From Hydrurus foetidus (lineage: Eukaryota), in the NCBI GenBank assembly GCA_900617105.1, contig UYFQ01000001.1, positions 4,650,001-4,714,000 of the forward strand: 64,000 bases of DNA, written 5' to 3'. Shown here piece by piece: positions 29,101 to 39,257 of this stretch; within the stretch, counting starts at the first letter, position 1, and the number at the start of each line of letters is the position of its first letter. Made by a program: the position numbers and the translations under genes. The notes beneath the pieces were generated by a model. The model did no database searches. It saw only the letters and a list, made by a program, of their open reading frames with translations, and was not told where the DNA came from.

Positions 29101-32100
29101 GCAACGGGGCGCTAGCCATTACTGCCGGCGCCATCGACCACCAAAACGCCAGCACTTTAGCCCAGCGCATCACTGTTACAGCCGCCAGCCTGGACAACCG
29201 CCAAGGCGACATCACCCAGCTTGGTAACGCTGACACAGCCATCACCACCAGTGGGCTGCTGGACAACCGCGCAGGCACGATTGCCAGCAACGGCAACACA
29301 ACCCTGAATGCGCAAAGCATTAACAACCAAGGCGGCAAGATTCAGGCTGCAGGTGCGCAAAACATCAGCATCACCACGACCGGCGCGCTGGACAACAGCA
29401 GTCTGGGCAGCATTGCTGCGGGCGGCAACACCACGCTGGTCACGGGCTCGATAGCCAACAGCCAAGGCAAAATCACCGCTGGCGATCACTTAAGCGCCAG
29501 CGCAAACGCTGCCATCAACAATGCCCAAGGCCTCATGGCGGCTACCCGCGATGTTGCGGTCAACGCCGCCAGCTTAGACAATACGCGTGGCACCGTCGCT
29601 GCCGTACAAGGCAACATCGTAGCCACAACGGCAAGCCTCACCATCAACGACAGTGGCAAAATTCAAGCCACGGGCGATGTAACTCTGACCACTGGTGGCG
29701 TGAGCAACACCCTTGCGGCCGGGCAAACAACAGCGGGCAGCATCACCGGCCAAAACGTCAGCATTCAGACCAACAACCAGGGCCTGAACAATCACCTCGG
29801 CACCATCGCTGCCACGCAAGTCGGTGATCTGCAGACCGGCGCCTTGAACAACGACGCAGGCCTGGTGCAAGCCGGAACAGCGCTGCTGATTAATACCCAT
29901 GGTCAGGCACTGACCAATACCAACGCCGGCGGCTACACCTCGCTCAACCCGTCCAGCGCGGGCGGCATCACCAGTGGCGGCACGTTAGCGTTAAATACCG
30001 GCAGGTTAAACAATGCCGCAGGCTATGTCGGTGCCGTGGGCGCCATTAGCGGCAGTACCGGTCAAATTGACAACACGGCTGCAGGCCAACTTGCGGGCAA
30101 GTCAAGTGTCGATCTCACTATTGCAGGACTGAACAACCAAGGCGGCCAGGTGCAAGTGATCGGTGATCTGAGCCTCAACGCCAGCAATGGCACGATTGAC
30201 AACCGCAGCGGCTTGCTCCGTTCGGGCGGCGCTGTTAACCTGACGGCAACAACCGTAGACAACCGCAGCACGTTGGGCACCGATCAAGGTATTGAGGGCA
30301 ATAACATCGCCTTGAACACCGTAACCCTCAACAACACCCTAGGCGCGGTACGGGCCGACAACAACGCCACGATCACCAGCGCGGGAAGCATCAACAACAG
30401 CCAAGGCCTGATCAGTGCAGGGAATGTGTTGACGGTGCAAGACACGGATGCTGTCCGTACCCTGGCCATTACCAACACCGCTGGCACTTTTATTTCGGGC
30501 AAGAACACGGTTGTGCGTGCAGCCAGCCTAACTGGTGACGGAAAAGTATTAGGCCAACATGATTTATCGATCGATCTGACCACCGATTACACCCACCAGG
30601 CGGGCGCAGAAGTCACCGCCAACCGCAATGCCAGTTTCGCTACAACGGGCAACCTTACCAACAGCGGTAAGTTGCAGGCCAGCGGTATTTTGAGCGTTAT
30701 CGCCAACCATATCGACAACGCTGCTACAGGCGATATCAACGGCGGCATCACCAAAGTGACCGCCAATCAAACCCTAACCAACCGGGGCGTCATAGACGGC
30801 ATTGACACCCAAATCAACGCCACCACGCTCAATAACTTGGGTACGGGTCGCATTTACGGCGATGACATCAGCATCCAGGCCAGCACGTTGACGAACGCAC
30901 CAGAAAACGGCACGGCATCCACGATTGCAGCGCGGCAAAATTTGGAGATTGGTGCCCAAACAATCACCAACAGCGAACACTCATTGATCTTCAGTGCTGG
31001 CAATATCCGTGTGGGCGCCAGCTTGGGCACCAACCGTGCGGCCACTGGTCAAGCCGGGGTACTCAATAACAACAGCGCCACGATCGAAGCTCTGGGCAAT
31101 CTCAATCTGAGCGCAATTCAGCTTAACAACACCAACGAACACTTTGCTTATGCACAGCAGGTTACGTCGGTTGAGTACGGTGTGCGCGAAGACATCAACC
31201 CTAGGCTGTACCGTGTCTTCACCCGCACCACTTACACGCCAACCCAAACCAGCAGCGACCCAGCCAATATATTGGCTGGCGGCAACTTGACTATTAACAG
31301 CCAAACTGCTGTTAACGCCAACAGCCACATTGTGGCTGGCGGCGTATTGACAGTCGCAGGAAACGCTATCCAAAACACCAGCGTGATTGCAGACAAGCTA
31401 GTGGTTGACTCAGGAAATACATTCACCTTGGTTCACTTCCCGCAGACAGGCACGTGTGGAAAATTAATTAAGATTAATTGCGTTCGTGCCCACGATGATT
31501 GGGTTGCCGGGCCCTACTACATCGCCAGCCCGTACAGCGTAACGGTCAGCCAACTCAGGCCGCAGCAGCTCAGCGGTAAAACCATTGAACCCGCCAGCCT
31601 AGTCACGGTGAGCGACAACACCAGTGCAGCCAGCCTCACTATTGCCAGCGTGAACGTGGCTGCCATTGGCAGAGTCTTGACTAATTTCAGTCCCGTCAAC
31701 ACTGCCAGCGGACCAGGTGCTGCCGCAGCGCAAGGGACTCAAGGCCCCGCTCTAGCCCATGTCAATCCGATTACCCAAGTGACGCTGACCAGCCCGTCGG
31801 GCAATGCGCAAGTGGTGCGTACCGCAGTGCCGACCGTGCAAATCCCGAACACCAGCCTGTTTAAGGTCAACCCGAATCCAACCGCCAATTTCTTGATCGA
31901 AACCGATCCGCGCTTTTCCAATTACCGGCAGTGGCTGGGCAGTGACTATTTGCTCAGCCAACTCCAACTCGACCCGACCGTCACGCAAAAACGTTTAGGC
32001 GATGGTTTCTATGAGCAAAAACTTGTGCGGGAGCAGCTCATGGCCTTGACCGGTCAGCGCTTTACTGATAACTACACGTCCGACGAAGCCCAGTACCGCG

Positions 32101-35100
32101 CGTTGATGGACGGCGGCGTGACTTACGCCAAAGCGCACAAACTGCGCCCCGGGATTGCGCTCAGTGCAGCGCAAATGGCCGTCCTGACTGCTGACATCGT
32201 CTGGTTGGTTGAGCAAGAAGTGACGCTACCTAACGGCCAAACGACGAAGGCGTTGGTCCCGCAGGTGTATGTTCGTGTCAAGCCGGGCGACTTAAACGGC
32301 AGCGGCGCGCTGCTGGCCGGCAAAGAAGTCAACATCAACCTCACGGGCGACCTGACCAATACCGGTACGGTGGCTGGCCGCAGCATCGTTCGCTTGAGTG
32401 CTGACAGCGTCAACAACTTGGGTGGGCGTATCAATGGTGACGCAGTCGCAATCAACGCCAAAACCGACCTGAACAACATCGGCGGCACCATTAGCGCCAA
32501 CGACCAGCTGCTGATCACGGCAGGGCGCGACATCAACGTCCAAACCACTACGCGCAGCGCCAGCAGCGCGCTAGGCGCCAGCAGCTTTAGCCGTACCAGC
32601 ATTGACCGCGTGGCCGGGCTGTACGTAAGCAACCCCGGCGGCACCCTGGTGGCCAGTGCCGGGCGCGACACCAACATTGTCGGCGGCGTTGTCGCCAATG
32701 CAGGCCAAGACGGCATCACTGCCCTGTCGGCAGGGCGAAACCTTAACCTGGCCACTATCACCACAGCGCAGTCCAACCGCATCATCTGGAACGCCAAGAA
32801 CACCCTGAGCTACGGCGAAAGTACAGAGGTAGGCAGCCAAGTCCAGGGCGCAGGTCGTATCAGCCTGGCAGCTGGGCAAGACATCAACGTCCGCGCCGCC
32901 ACCGTGCAGGCCGGCACCACACTGGTGGTCCGTGCCGACAACAACATCAACGTCACTGCTGCACAAAACACCGCTTACCTTGACGAGGCCCACCAGCAGA
33001 CCAGCAAAGGCTTTCTGTCTAAGACCACCACCACCACCCGCAACACGGCAGCCAGCAGCATCGCGGCAGGCAGCAGCCTGGAGGGCCAAAACGTTGTGCT
33101 CAAAGCGGGCAACGACATCACCGTTAAAGGCAGCAACGTCGTCAGCGACGATCAAACCACCCTAATCGCCAAAAACAACATCACCATCGAAGCCGCGCAA
33201 AACACCTCAAGCAGCAGCAGCTTTAAAGACCAAAAGAGTTCAGGCCTGATGGGCGGCGGCGGGGCCAGCGTCTTCATCGGCAAAAAGCAAAGCTCCACCG
33301 ACGAGAAAACCCAAACTACCACAGCCAGCGCCAGCACCGTCGGCTCCATTAACAACAACGTGAACCTGATCGCAGGGCAAACCTATCGCCAAGTCGGCTC
33401 AGATGTCATCGCGCCACAGGGCGACATCAACATTCTGGCCAAAGATGTACAAATCGTTGAAGCCCGTGAGACCAACGCCACCCAAACGGAGACTAAGTCC
33501 AAACAAAGCGGCTTAACGGTAGCGCTGAGCAACCCCGTGGTCTCAGCCGTGCAAGGTGCCCAAAGCCTTGTTCAAGCCGCAGGCAACACCAGCAGCGCCC
33601 GCATGAAAGGCCTGGCTGCAGCCAGCGCAGGGTTGACCGGCTACAGCACGTACAACAGCTTGACAGACAGCGCTGGTAAGTTTGACCCAGCCAAGGCCAC
33701 CGACATTAACGTCAGCATCAGCCTGGGCTCCAGCAAAAGCCAGTCCAACAGCGCCAGCAACAGCAACACCGCACGCGGCAGCACCGTCACTGCAGGCAAC
33801 AACGTCAACATCACCGCGACCGGGGCAGGCAAAGACTCCAACGTGTTGATTCAAGGCAGCGAAGTCAAAGCCGGTAACAACTTGAGCGTCTCAGCAGACA
33901 ACCAGATCAACCTGTTAGCGGCCCAGAACACCTCCAGCCAGACCAGCACCAACTCCAACAGCAGCGGCTCCATCGGCATGAGCGTAGGCGGCAACACCGG
34001 CGTGACGGTAGCCGCCTCAAAAGGCAAAGGCAAAAGCAACGGGGCAGACACCACTTACACCAACACCACCCTAACCGCAGGCAACCTAGCCACGATCAAA
34101 AGCGGCGGCGACACAGCCGTCAAAGGCGCAGTGGTATCAGCTAACCAGATCAAAGCCGATATTGGCCAGAAATATGGTGGCAACCTGAATATTGAGAGCT
34201 TGCAAGACAAGTCAACTTACAGCAGCAGCCAGCAAAGCGCAGGCGGCTCCATTACCTTCGGGCCAGGGGGAGTGCCCACCGGCGGCTCAATCAGCGCCTC
34301 AAAAAGCAAGATCAACAGTAACTTTGAAAGCGTCAACCAGCAAAGCGGCCTGAAAGCAGGCGATGGTGGGTTTCAGGTGTCTGTGGCCAACAACACAAGT
34401 TTGACTGGCGGCGTCATCAGCAGCAGCCAGGCTGCGGTGGACAGCAAAGCCAATACGTTCACGACAGGCGGAGCGTTAACCCTCACCGATGTGCAGAACA
34501 CAGCCAGCTTTAAGGGCACAGCCGTAGGCGCCACGATTGGGGTGGGCAGCCAATTAGGCAGCAGCGGCGCAGGCGTGGGCAACACCAAAGGCAGTGCAGC
34601 CAGCACCAGCTCTGCCGGAATCTCAGGTGTGGCAGGCAACACGGCTGTGCGTACCGGTGACAAGGAAACTGGACTCAAGCCGATCTTTAACGCAGACAAG
34701 GTCCAAAAAGACATTGATGCGCAAGTGTTGATTACGACTCGGTTCGGCCAGCAGGCCGTACCCGCCGCAGCCAAGTATGCCGACAACAAAGCCATTGAGC
34801 TGCGCCGCCAAGGCAATGAAGAAGAGGCTCAGAAGTGGGACGAAAAAGGTATTTACAGGACAGCCATCTATGGCGGCTTTGGCTTTCTGAGTGGCGGCGT
34901 TGGCGGCGCAACTGGTGCTGTTGCCAGCGCCACGATTGTTCCTACCCTTGGCGAGGAGATTGCAAGACTGAACCTGCCTGAGCCGGTCCGCCAAGGCTTG
35001 ACCCAGTTAATGGGTTTGGCCGTCGGTTCGGGCTTTGGCGGCGTTGCAGGTGCTGCCAGTGCGCTGCCGCAAACCGCATTTAACTACGTCAGCCATAGCC

Positions 35101-35936
35101 CATTTGCTAGTGTGCGCGTCACCGTATCCAAAGAAAACGCCCGATTGCTCAACGAGTGCGGCAGCAACTGCACGTTGGCTGACTTCAGGCACATCGACCT
35201 GCAAATGCAGAAGCTGGAGACAGCGGGCAACTTGACGGAGATTGCCAGCAAAACAAAGCTGACAACAGACCAAGCCATTCGGTTAGGCGAGAACATTGCT
35301 GCGCTGTTGCCGTTATATGGCACGCCGATTGCACTTTACCAGGCGGTAACTGGTAAGACCATCCTAACCAGCGAAGACTTGAGCACGGCTGAGCGTGTGC
35401 TGAATGTGGCTGCTGCTGCGATACCCTTGGGTAGCTATGCCTACAAGCTGGTGATCAGCGCGGCCGCTGATATGGGCAAAATGTCATCAAGTATTGGCGC
35501 GATTGCTCGATTTAAAAGCGCGGACGAGGTCAACAGCTTGATGACTACCTTCAACAAAGCTCCGGCGTGGAAAGAAGGTACTCAAATTGCGGAAGTTACT
35601 TTGAAGCCTGGAACTACTGTTCAGATGGTGGTCGATAAGGCAGCTTTTGACAAGCTTACAAAAGACGGACAAATGAACTTTGTTGGCAATTGGGCAACCT
35701 TTGACAACATCCCGAATCAACTTTTTGCCCGTAACAACCTTGCGATCACAAACGAGTTCAAAAAAGACGTTGGGTACGTGGTGGAATTGGAGATCATCAA
35801 ACCCGTTAATGCGCAAGTTGGGACGGTGGGCACACAGGGTTCAGCTTTTGGCGGCGCAAATCAGCTGAACTTCTTGTTTGATCAGCGCAATGGCGGTGAG
35901 TTTTTCAAAGTTGTTGGGCAAAGGAAGTTGCCATGA
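26136..35936 (+). CDS. cdiA: Filamentous hemagglutinin / CdiA-type exoprotein with C-terminal toxin (3266 aa)
   Basis: ESPR signal MNKHLHRIIFN, TPS domain (NPWL, ANPAG), FHA repeats, IETDPRF..LGSDY, KRLGDGFYEQ, ALVPQVY, pre-toxin TG-like segment and variable C-terminus. Confidence 0.93.
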   Translation: MNKHLHRIIFNANRGQLMVVAERATSQGKAASGERGATSGGVGVVMASRLTSLRPVCLGVLASLGMVLFTAGLSTGSSAQAQIVVDRNAPGSQRPTVLTSGNGVPVVNIQTPSAGGVSRNTYSQFDVNGNGVILNNSRVNTPTQLGGYVQGNPWLANGGARVILNELNSSAPSQLRGYIEVGGQRAEVIVANPAGVAIDRAGFINASRVTITTGSAQINGGSLEGYLVQRGQVTINGKGLDTSTADYTAILARAVQVNGGIWAKELNITAGTNQISASEGGAPAVSGSTQGQGAAPLFALDVSALGGMYAGKILLIGTEAGVGVRSAGTIGASAGQVQISVDGMLTNIGSIQAANAAGNPADVLINTTGAVQNSGTIYAAGSTNIAAVGSITNSGFIAAQNNTTVLASGAGALINATTGSVTASGLNANGSLRSTGDLIVVASTSVAMQGTSASAGSTSVSGTQLNLSDAKVSGANIALTATNGNLDASRASVNTQGTLSASTDQVLRTNGAKIEGSQITVNAHDVSNVAGQITQYGSGDLRIALVGNLDNTSGRIATNSQNMSLGTATLTNTDGTIEHAGSGTLAINATTLNGQRGSTISNGALLVNAGAVNLNSATTSAAQITLNTTTLSNRSGTISQTGIGQTTLAASQALDNTAGKIETNGSAAISAAVLINAQGRITTTKSATVLASSSLDNTDGTIGAAQNITLTGGMINNTRGNLQAAAGNATLQVTDLNNTAGSVFAGANLSANATNMTNTGSLYAAGRQTLNVTGAIINTGTIAAMGDTTLTANSLNSGASGLLGAGIKADGSLATNGKLGVTTVQGLTALGQNLAAGDAAISGATVDLTASQTSAVNIKLTATGSEVITSKATITAQAALAVDARGQSNARWINNKGVVSAGQLNAQVASLDNTYGEIVQTGTGSTSIALTSATGVLDNTSGRIAVNSANLTLSANTLTNTDGTIQQAGVGTLAINANALNDQRGRITGNGALAITAGAIDHQNASTLAQRITVTAASLDNRQGDITQLGNADTAITTSGLLDNRAGTIASNGNTTLNAQSINNQGGKIQAAGAQNISITTTGALDNSSLGSIAAGGNTTLVTGSIANSQGKITAGDHLSASANAAINNAQGLMAATRDVAVNAASLDNTRGTVAAVQGNIVATTASLTINDSGKIQATGDVTLTTGGVSNTLAAGQTTAGSITGQNVSIQTNNQGLNNHLGTIAATQVGDLQTGALNNDAGLVQAGTALLINTHGQALTNTNAGGYTSLNPSSAGGITSGGTLALNTGRLNNAAGYVGAVGAISGSTGQIDNTAAGQLAGKSSVDLTIAGLNNQGGQVQVIGDLSLNASNGTIDNRSGLLRSGGAVNLTATTVDNRSTLGTDQGIEGNNIALNTVTLNNTLGAVRADNNATITSAGSINNSQGLISAGNVLTVQDTDAVRTLAITNTAGTFISGKNTVVRAASLTGDGKVLGQHDLSIDLTTDYTHQAGAEVTANRNASFATTGNLTNSGKLQASGILSVIANHIDNAATGDINGGITKVTANQTLTNRGVIDGIDTQINATTLNNLGTGRIYGDDISIQASTLTNAPENGTASTIAARQNLEIGAQTITNSEHSLIFSAGNIRVGASLGTNRAATGQAGVLNNNSATIEALGNLNLSAIQLNNTNEHFAYAQQVTSVEYGVREDINPRLYRVFTRTTYTPTQTSSDPANILAGGNLTINSQTAVNANSHIVAGGVLTVAGNAIQNTSVIADKLVVDSGNTFTLVHFPQTGTCGKLIKINCVRAHDDWVAGPYYIASPYSVTVSQLRPQQLSGKTIEPASLVTVSDNTSAASLTIASVNVAAIGRVLTNFSPVNTASGPGAAAAQGTQGPALAHVNPITQVTLTSPSGNAQVVRTAVPTVQIPNTSLFKVNPNPTANFLIETDPRFSNYRQWLGSDYLLSQLQLDPTVTQKRLGDGFYEQKLVREQLMALTGQRFTDNYTSDEAQYRALMDGGVTYAKAHKLRPGIALSAAQMAVLTADIVWLVEQEVTLPNGQTTKALVPQVYVRVKPGDLNGSGALLAGKEVNINLTGDLTNTGTVAGRSIVRLSADSVNNLGGRINGDAVAINAKTDLNNIGGTISANDQLLITAGRDINVQTTTRSASSALGASSFSRTSIDRVAGLYVSNPGGTLVASAGRDTNIVGGVVANAGQDGITALSAGRNLNLATITTAQSNRIIWNAKNTLSYGESTEVGSQVQGAGRISLAAGQDINVRAATVQAGTTLVVRADNNINVTAAQNTAYLDEAHQQTSKGFLSKTTTTTRNTAASSIAAGSSLEGQNVVLKAGNDITVKGSNVVSDDQTTLIAKNNITIEAAQNTSSSSSFKDQKSSGLMGGGGASVFIGKKQSSTDEKTQTTTASASTVGSINNNVNLIAGQTYRQVGSDVIAPQGDINILAKDVQIVEARETNATQTETKSKQSGLTVALSNPVVSAVQGAQSLVQAAGNTSSARMKGLAAASAGLTGYSTYNSLTDSAGKFDPAKATDINVSISLGSSKSQSNSASNSNTARGSTVTAGNNVNITATGAGKDSNVLIQGSEVKAGNNLSVSADNQINLLAAQNTSSQTSTNSNSSGSIGMSVGGNTGVTVAASKGKGKSNGADTTYTNTTLTAGNLATIKSGGDTAVKGAVVSANQIKADIGQKYGGNLNIESLQDKSTYSSSQQSAGGSITFGPGGVPTGGSISASKSKINSNFESVNQQSGLKAGDGGFQVSVANNTSLTGGVISSSQAAVDSKANTFTTGGALTLTDVQNTASFKGTAVGATIGVGSQLGSSGAGVGNTKGSAASTSSAGISGVAGNTAVRTGDKETGLKPIFNADKVQKDIDAQVLITTRFGQQAVPAAAKYADNKAIELRRQGNEEEAQKWDEKGIYRTAIYGGFGFLSGGVGGATGAVASATIVPTLGEEIARLNLPEPVRQGLTQLMGLAVGSGFGGVAGAASALPQTAFNYVSHSPFASVRVTVSKENARLLNECGSNCTLADFRHIDLQMQKLETAGNLTEIASKTKLTTDQAIRLGENIAALLPLYGTPIALYQAVTGKTILTSEDLSTAERVLNVAAAAIPLGSYAYKLVISAAADMGKMSSSIGAIARFKSADEVNSLMTTFNKAPAWKEGTQIAEVTLKPGTTVQMVVDKAAFDKLTKDGQMNFVGNWATFDNIPNQLFARNNLAITNEFKKDVGYVVELEIIKPVNAQVGTVGTQGSAFGGANQLNFLFDQRNGGEFFKVVGQRKLP
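34475..34726 (+). repeat. 252-bp near-identical direct repeat shared with the orphan module (37381-37632)
   Basis: GTTAACCCTCACCGATGTGCAG...GATGCGCAAGT is colinear in both places with only a few substitutions. Confidence 0.9.
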
Positions 35937-36442
35937 GCAAGATTGAATATTTGGAGAGACACAACAGTCGAGGCGAAATATTGCCATTCGAGGACTCGGA
36001 CGATCATTACAACGAATGGTTGAAAAAACACCCAGGCGAATTTGTTTTTGGTCCGGTCGCTAAACATACGTGGCAGGTTGATGGTTTGAGATTTGAGCGC
36101 TTGAATCCGCGAAACGACGGGTTAGATATGCTCCCCGATGCTAGTGGCCTGCTCGTCTGCGAAAACGCCGAACGCTCTGACAACTTAGTTTTATTGGACG
36201 CTTTTGGCAAAGAGCGTATGCGCCTTTCTGTGCCTTGGCAGTTGACCCGCACGCCTACGCCCAAGAGTGCTGCGTACCCGAGTCGCTTTATAGGATTGAC
36301 CACACCTTGGGACAATCTAGCGACAGGCGAGATCGGCAAGTTTGCTTTACTTGCCTGGGTTCAGTTCGCAGGTGACTACGCCTTTGAGCTAGATTGGCGC
36401 ACTGGACAGTTTCTGTGGGGGTATTACCTCGAGCGGGGCTAA
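35933..36442 (+). CDS. cdiI: Putative cognate immunity protein CdiI
   Basis: 169-aa ORF with ATGA overlap on the cdiA stop. Assigned by position only. Confidence 0.7.
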   Translation: MSKIEYLERHNSRGEILPFEDSDDHYNEWLKKHPGEFVFGPVAKHTWQVDGLRFERLNPRNDGLDMLPDASGLLVCENAERSDNLVLLDAFGKERMRLSVPWQLTRTPTPKSAAYPSRFIGLTTPWDNLATGEIGKFALLAWVQFAGDYAFELDWRTGQFLWGYYLERG

Positions 36443-36445
36443 ACA

Positions 36446-38914
36446 ATGAACACCCAAAGCTACGGCCTAATCTTTAACGCATCCCGCGGCTGCATGATGG
36501 CGGTAGCCGAAACCGCAAGCAACGCCAGTAAAAGCTCGTCGAGCACGACAAGAGCCCGCCGCAGATCGTCAAAGTGCAAGAGATCACCCGCAAGCCCCAA
36601 AACAGACAAGTTTGATCCATCAAAACCACCTTCAGCCCAACAAATACAGGCGCGAGCAGCTACGAATTCAATAGTAAGTAACACCGCACGCGGCAGCGCC
36701 GTCAACGCAGGCAACAACATCAACATCACCGCTACTGGGGCGGGCAAAGACTCCAACATCCTGATCCAGGGAAGCGACATCAAGGCTGGTAACAACGCCA
36801 GCCTGCTGGCAGACAACCAAGTCAACCTGTTGGCCGCCAAGAACGAGACCAGCCAGCAAAGCACCAATAGCTCAAGCAGCGGCTCAATTGGGGTCAGCCT
36901 CAGCACCCAGGGCCTGAGCGCGACTGCCAGCGCATCCAAAGGCAAGGGCAAGAGTGATGGCCAAGGCACAAGCTACACCAACGCCCGCGTAGGCGCAGGC
37001 AACGCCGTGGTGATTCAAAGCGGGGGCGACACCAACATCAAAGGCGCAGTCGTAGCAGCTAACCAGATCAAGGCAGACATAGGCGGCAACCTGAAGATAG
37101 AGAGCCTGCAAGACACCAACACGTACAACAGCAGCCAAAAGTCCAGCGGCTTTAGCGTCACGGTGCCGATTACAGGCGGCGACTTTGGTGCCAGTGTGAG
37201 CGCCAGCAAAAGCAAGATTGACTCCAACTTCCAAAGCGTCAAGGAGCAAAGCGGCTTTAAAGCCGGCGACGGCGGGTTTCAGGTGTCTGTGGCCAACAAC
37301 ACAAGTTTGACGGGTGGGGTGATCAGCAGCACCCAAACGGCCATAGACAACAAACAGAACAGCTTCACCACCGGTGGCCAGTTAACCCTCACCGATGTGC
37401 AGAACACAGCCAGCTTTAAGGGCACAGCCGTAGGCGGCACGATCGGGGTGGGCAGCCAGTTGAGCAGCAGCGGCGCAGGCGTGGGCAACACCAAAGGCAG
37501 TGCAGCCAGCACCAGCTCTGCCGGAATCTCAGGTGTGGCAGGCAACACGGCTGTGCGTACCGGTGACAAGGAAACTGGACTCAAGCCGATCTTTAACGCC
37601 GACAAGGTCCAAAAAGATATTGATGCGCAAGTCAAGATCACCACCACCTTTGGCCAGCAAGGCGCTAAAGCTATTGGCGACTACGCAGGCAAAAAGCTCA
37701 AAGAAGCAGACGCCAAGCTGGCTCAAGCTGAAGCGGCTGATAAGGCCGGTCAAACAGACCTAGCTAACGAGCGGCGCCGAGAAGCCCAAGAGCTGCAAGA
37801 CACGTGGGGCGAAGGCAAGTTGGGCCGGGTATTCCTGCATACCGCTTTGGGCGGCCTGACCGGTAACTTCAGCGGCGCCATTGGAGCCGGGGTCACGCAA
37901 GCAGCGATTCCGTACATTGGCGAGCAGATTGCCAAGCTCGATGTGCCGCTGGAGGTCAAGCAGGCGTTTATACAAATCAGCAGTGGACTACTAGGCGCGG
38001 CTGTGGGTGGGCCGGGGGGTGCGGCCAGTGCGCTCAATGCGACGAGTCAGAATTACCTCAAGCACGACGAGCAGCTTCAAAAAGCGAGCCAATTGGCAGC
38101 CTGCAAGACAGACCAATGCAAAAAAGATGCGCAAGCGCAGTGGGACAAAGTCAGCCAAGATCGCAACGCTGTAACGAAAGACAGCTGTACCGCGAATGGG
38201 CCAGCGCAATGCAGTGCGAACGTTGAGCAGATGGGGCGCGACATGGCCGAGCTGCAAGCCGCCGGGGGAGATAAAAGCAAAGGCTACACAGGTTTTACGC
38301 CGGAGGAGCGCAACAACATCAAGCAGGTAATGAGCCAGATCAATACCAACTTGGAGACCATGGCCGCGCTTGGCAACTTACAGCTGGGTACGACTTACTC
38401 TAGTCCGAGCGATTTGGTTGCCGCTGGCATTCTCACGGAAAAAGAAGGCCGGCTTCTGCAGTCCTCGCGTGCTGACAACATGGTGGGTTTCTTGGGGGCT
38501 ATTGCGCTACCAGCTGGAACCAAGGGGCGCAGTGCTGATTCCAATAAAGCTGCCAATCTGTTTGAAGAAATGCAGGCCAAGAAGATCAAAGTGACCCCTG
38601 AAAACGTTATCCGAGCAGAGCGTTTACCAGATGGGAAAATCGTATTTCTTGAAAAAGGAAATAACCAATCTGGTTTTGAGCACATCATGGATCGACATGG
38701 CGCGGATTTCGCAAATAAAGGCATTAAATCCGCCGACATTCCCGATGTAGTGATGGATGCTTTATAAAAGGGCAAATTGGTCGGTGTGAATGGAGCGGCA
38801 CCGGTCCATGAGGTTACATACAAAGGTGTTACCCATCACATTGCAGTCGGTGTGGCTTCAAATGGGTATATTGTGCGAGCGAATCCAGTATCCGTATGGA
38901 AGGCTTCGAAATGA
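36446..38914 (+). pseudogene. Orphan cdiA module (ESPR-like leader, FHA-2 repeats, toxin CT) with in-frame stop at 38765-38767
   Basis: The ORF to 38767 is homologous to the cdiA C-terminal region. The same frame continues KGKLVGVNG...GVASNGYIVRANPVSVWKASK* to a TGA at 38914 that overlaps the next ATG. Confidence 0.85.
36622..36675 (-). repeat. Family-A motif in frame in orphan cdiA module 1 (SAQQIQARAATNSIV)
   Basis: AGCCCAACAAATACAGGCGCGAGCAGCT is identical over 28 bp to the hrpA copy. Confidence 0.85.
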
Positions 38915-39201
38915 AAAAGCTCAGTTTTGGTGCATCTTATGGAGCACCGCCGATTTTTTGCCACGAGGCAAACGAAATGGGCCATATTGACTTGCGCGAT
39001 GTTCAGGTGTCTCCTGAACTGAAGCGCGCGATTCAACGCTGGGACGATGCTTACCAACTGACTTTCAATGCCGACTACCCGCCAGATTCTGACTTTAAGT
39101 CAGCCGAAGCTGAATTTGAATTCACGAAGAAAGGACGTGAATTGTTCGAAAAACTAAAATCGGAATTGGGTTGTGAATACTCAATTACACACAGCGTTTA
39201 A
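38911..39201 (+). CDS. Putative orphan immunity protein
   Basis: 96-aa acidic ORF (MKKLSFGASYG...) with ATGA overlap on the read-through stop of the orphan toxin. Assigned by position. Confidence 0.72.
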   Translation: MKKLSFGASYGAPPIFCHEANEMGHIDLRDVQVSPELKRAIQRWDDAYQLTFNADYPPDSDFKSAEAEFEFTKKGRELFEKLKSELGCEYSITHSV

Positions 39202-39257
39202 ATCTAAGTGATCGAATCGTGTTGCGCGAGGCATTTCAAGGCAAGACTATGGTGTCC

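Noticed and set aside
26213..35816. Many antisense ORFs within cdiA and other long genes
   Set aside because: These are shadow ORFs from codon bias on the opposite strand, with no independent motifs.
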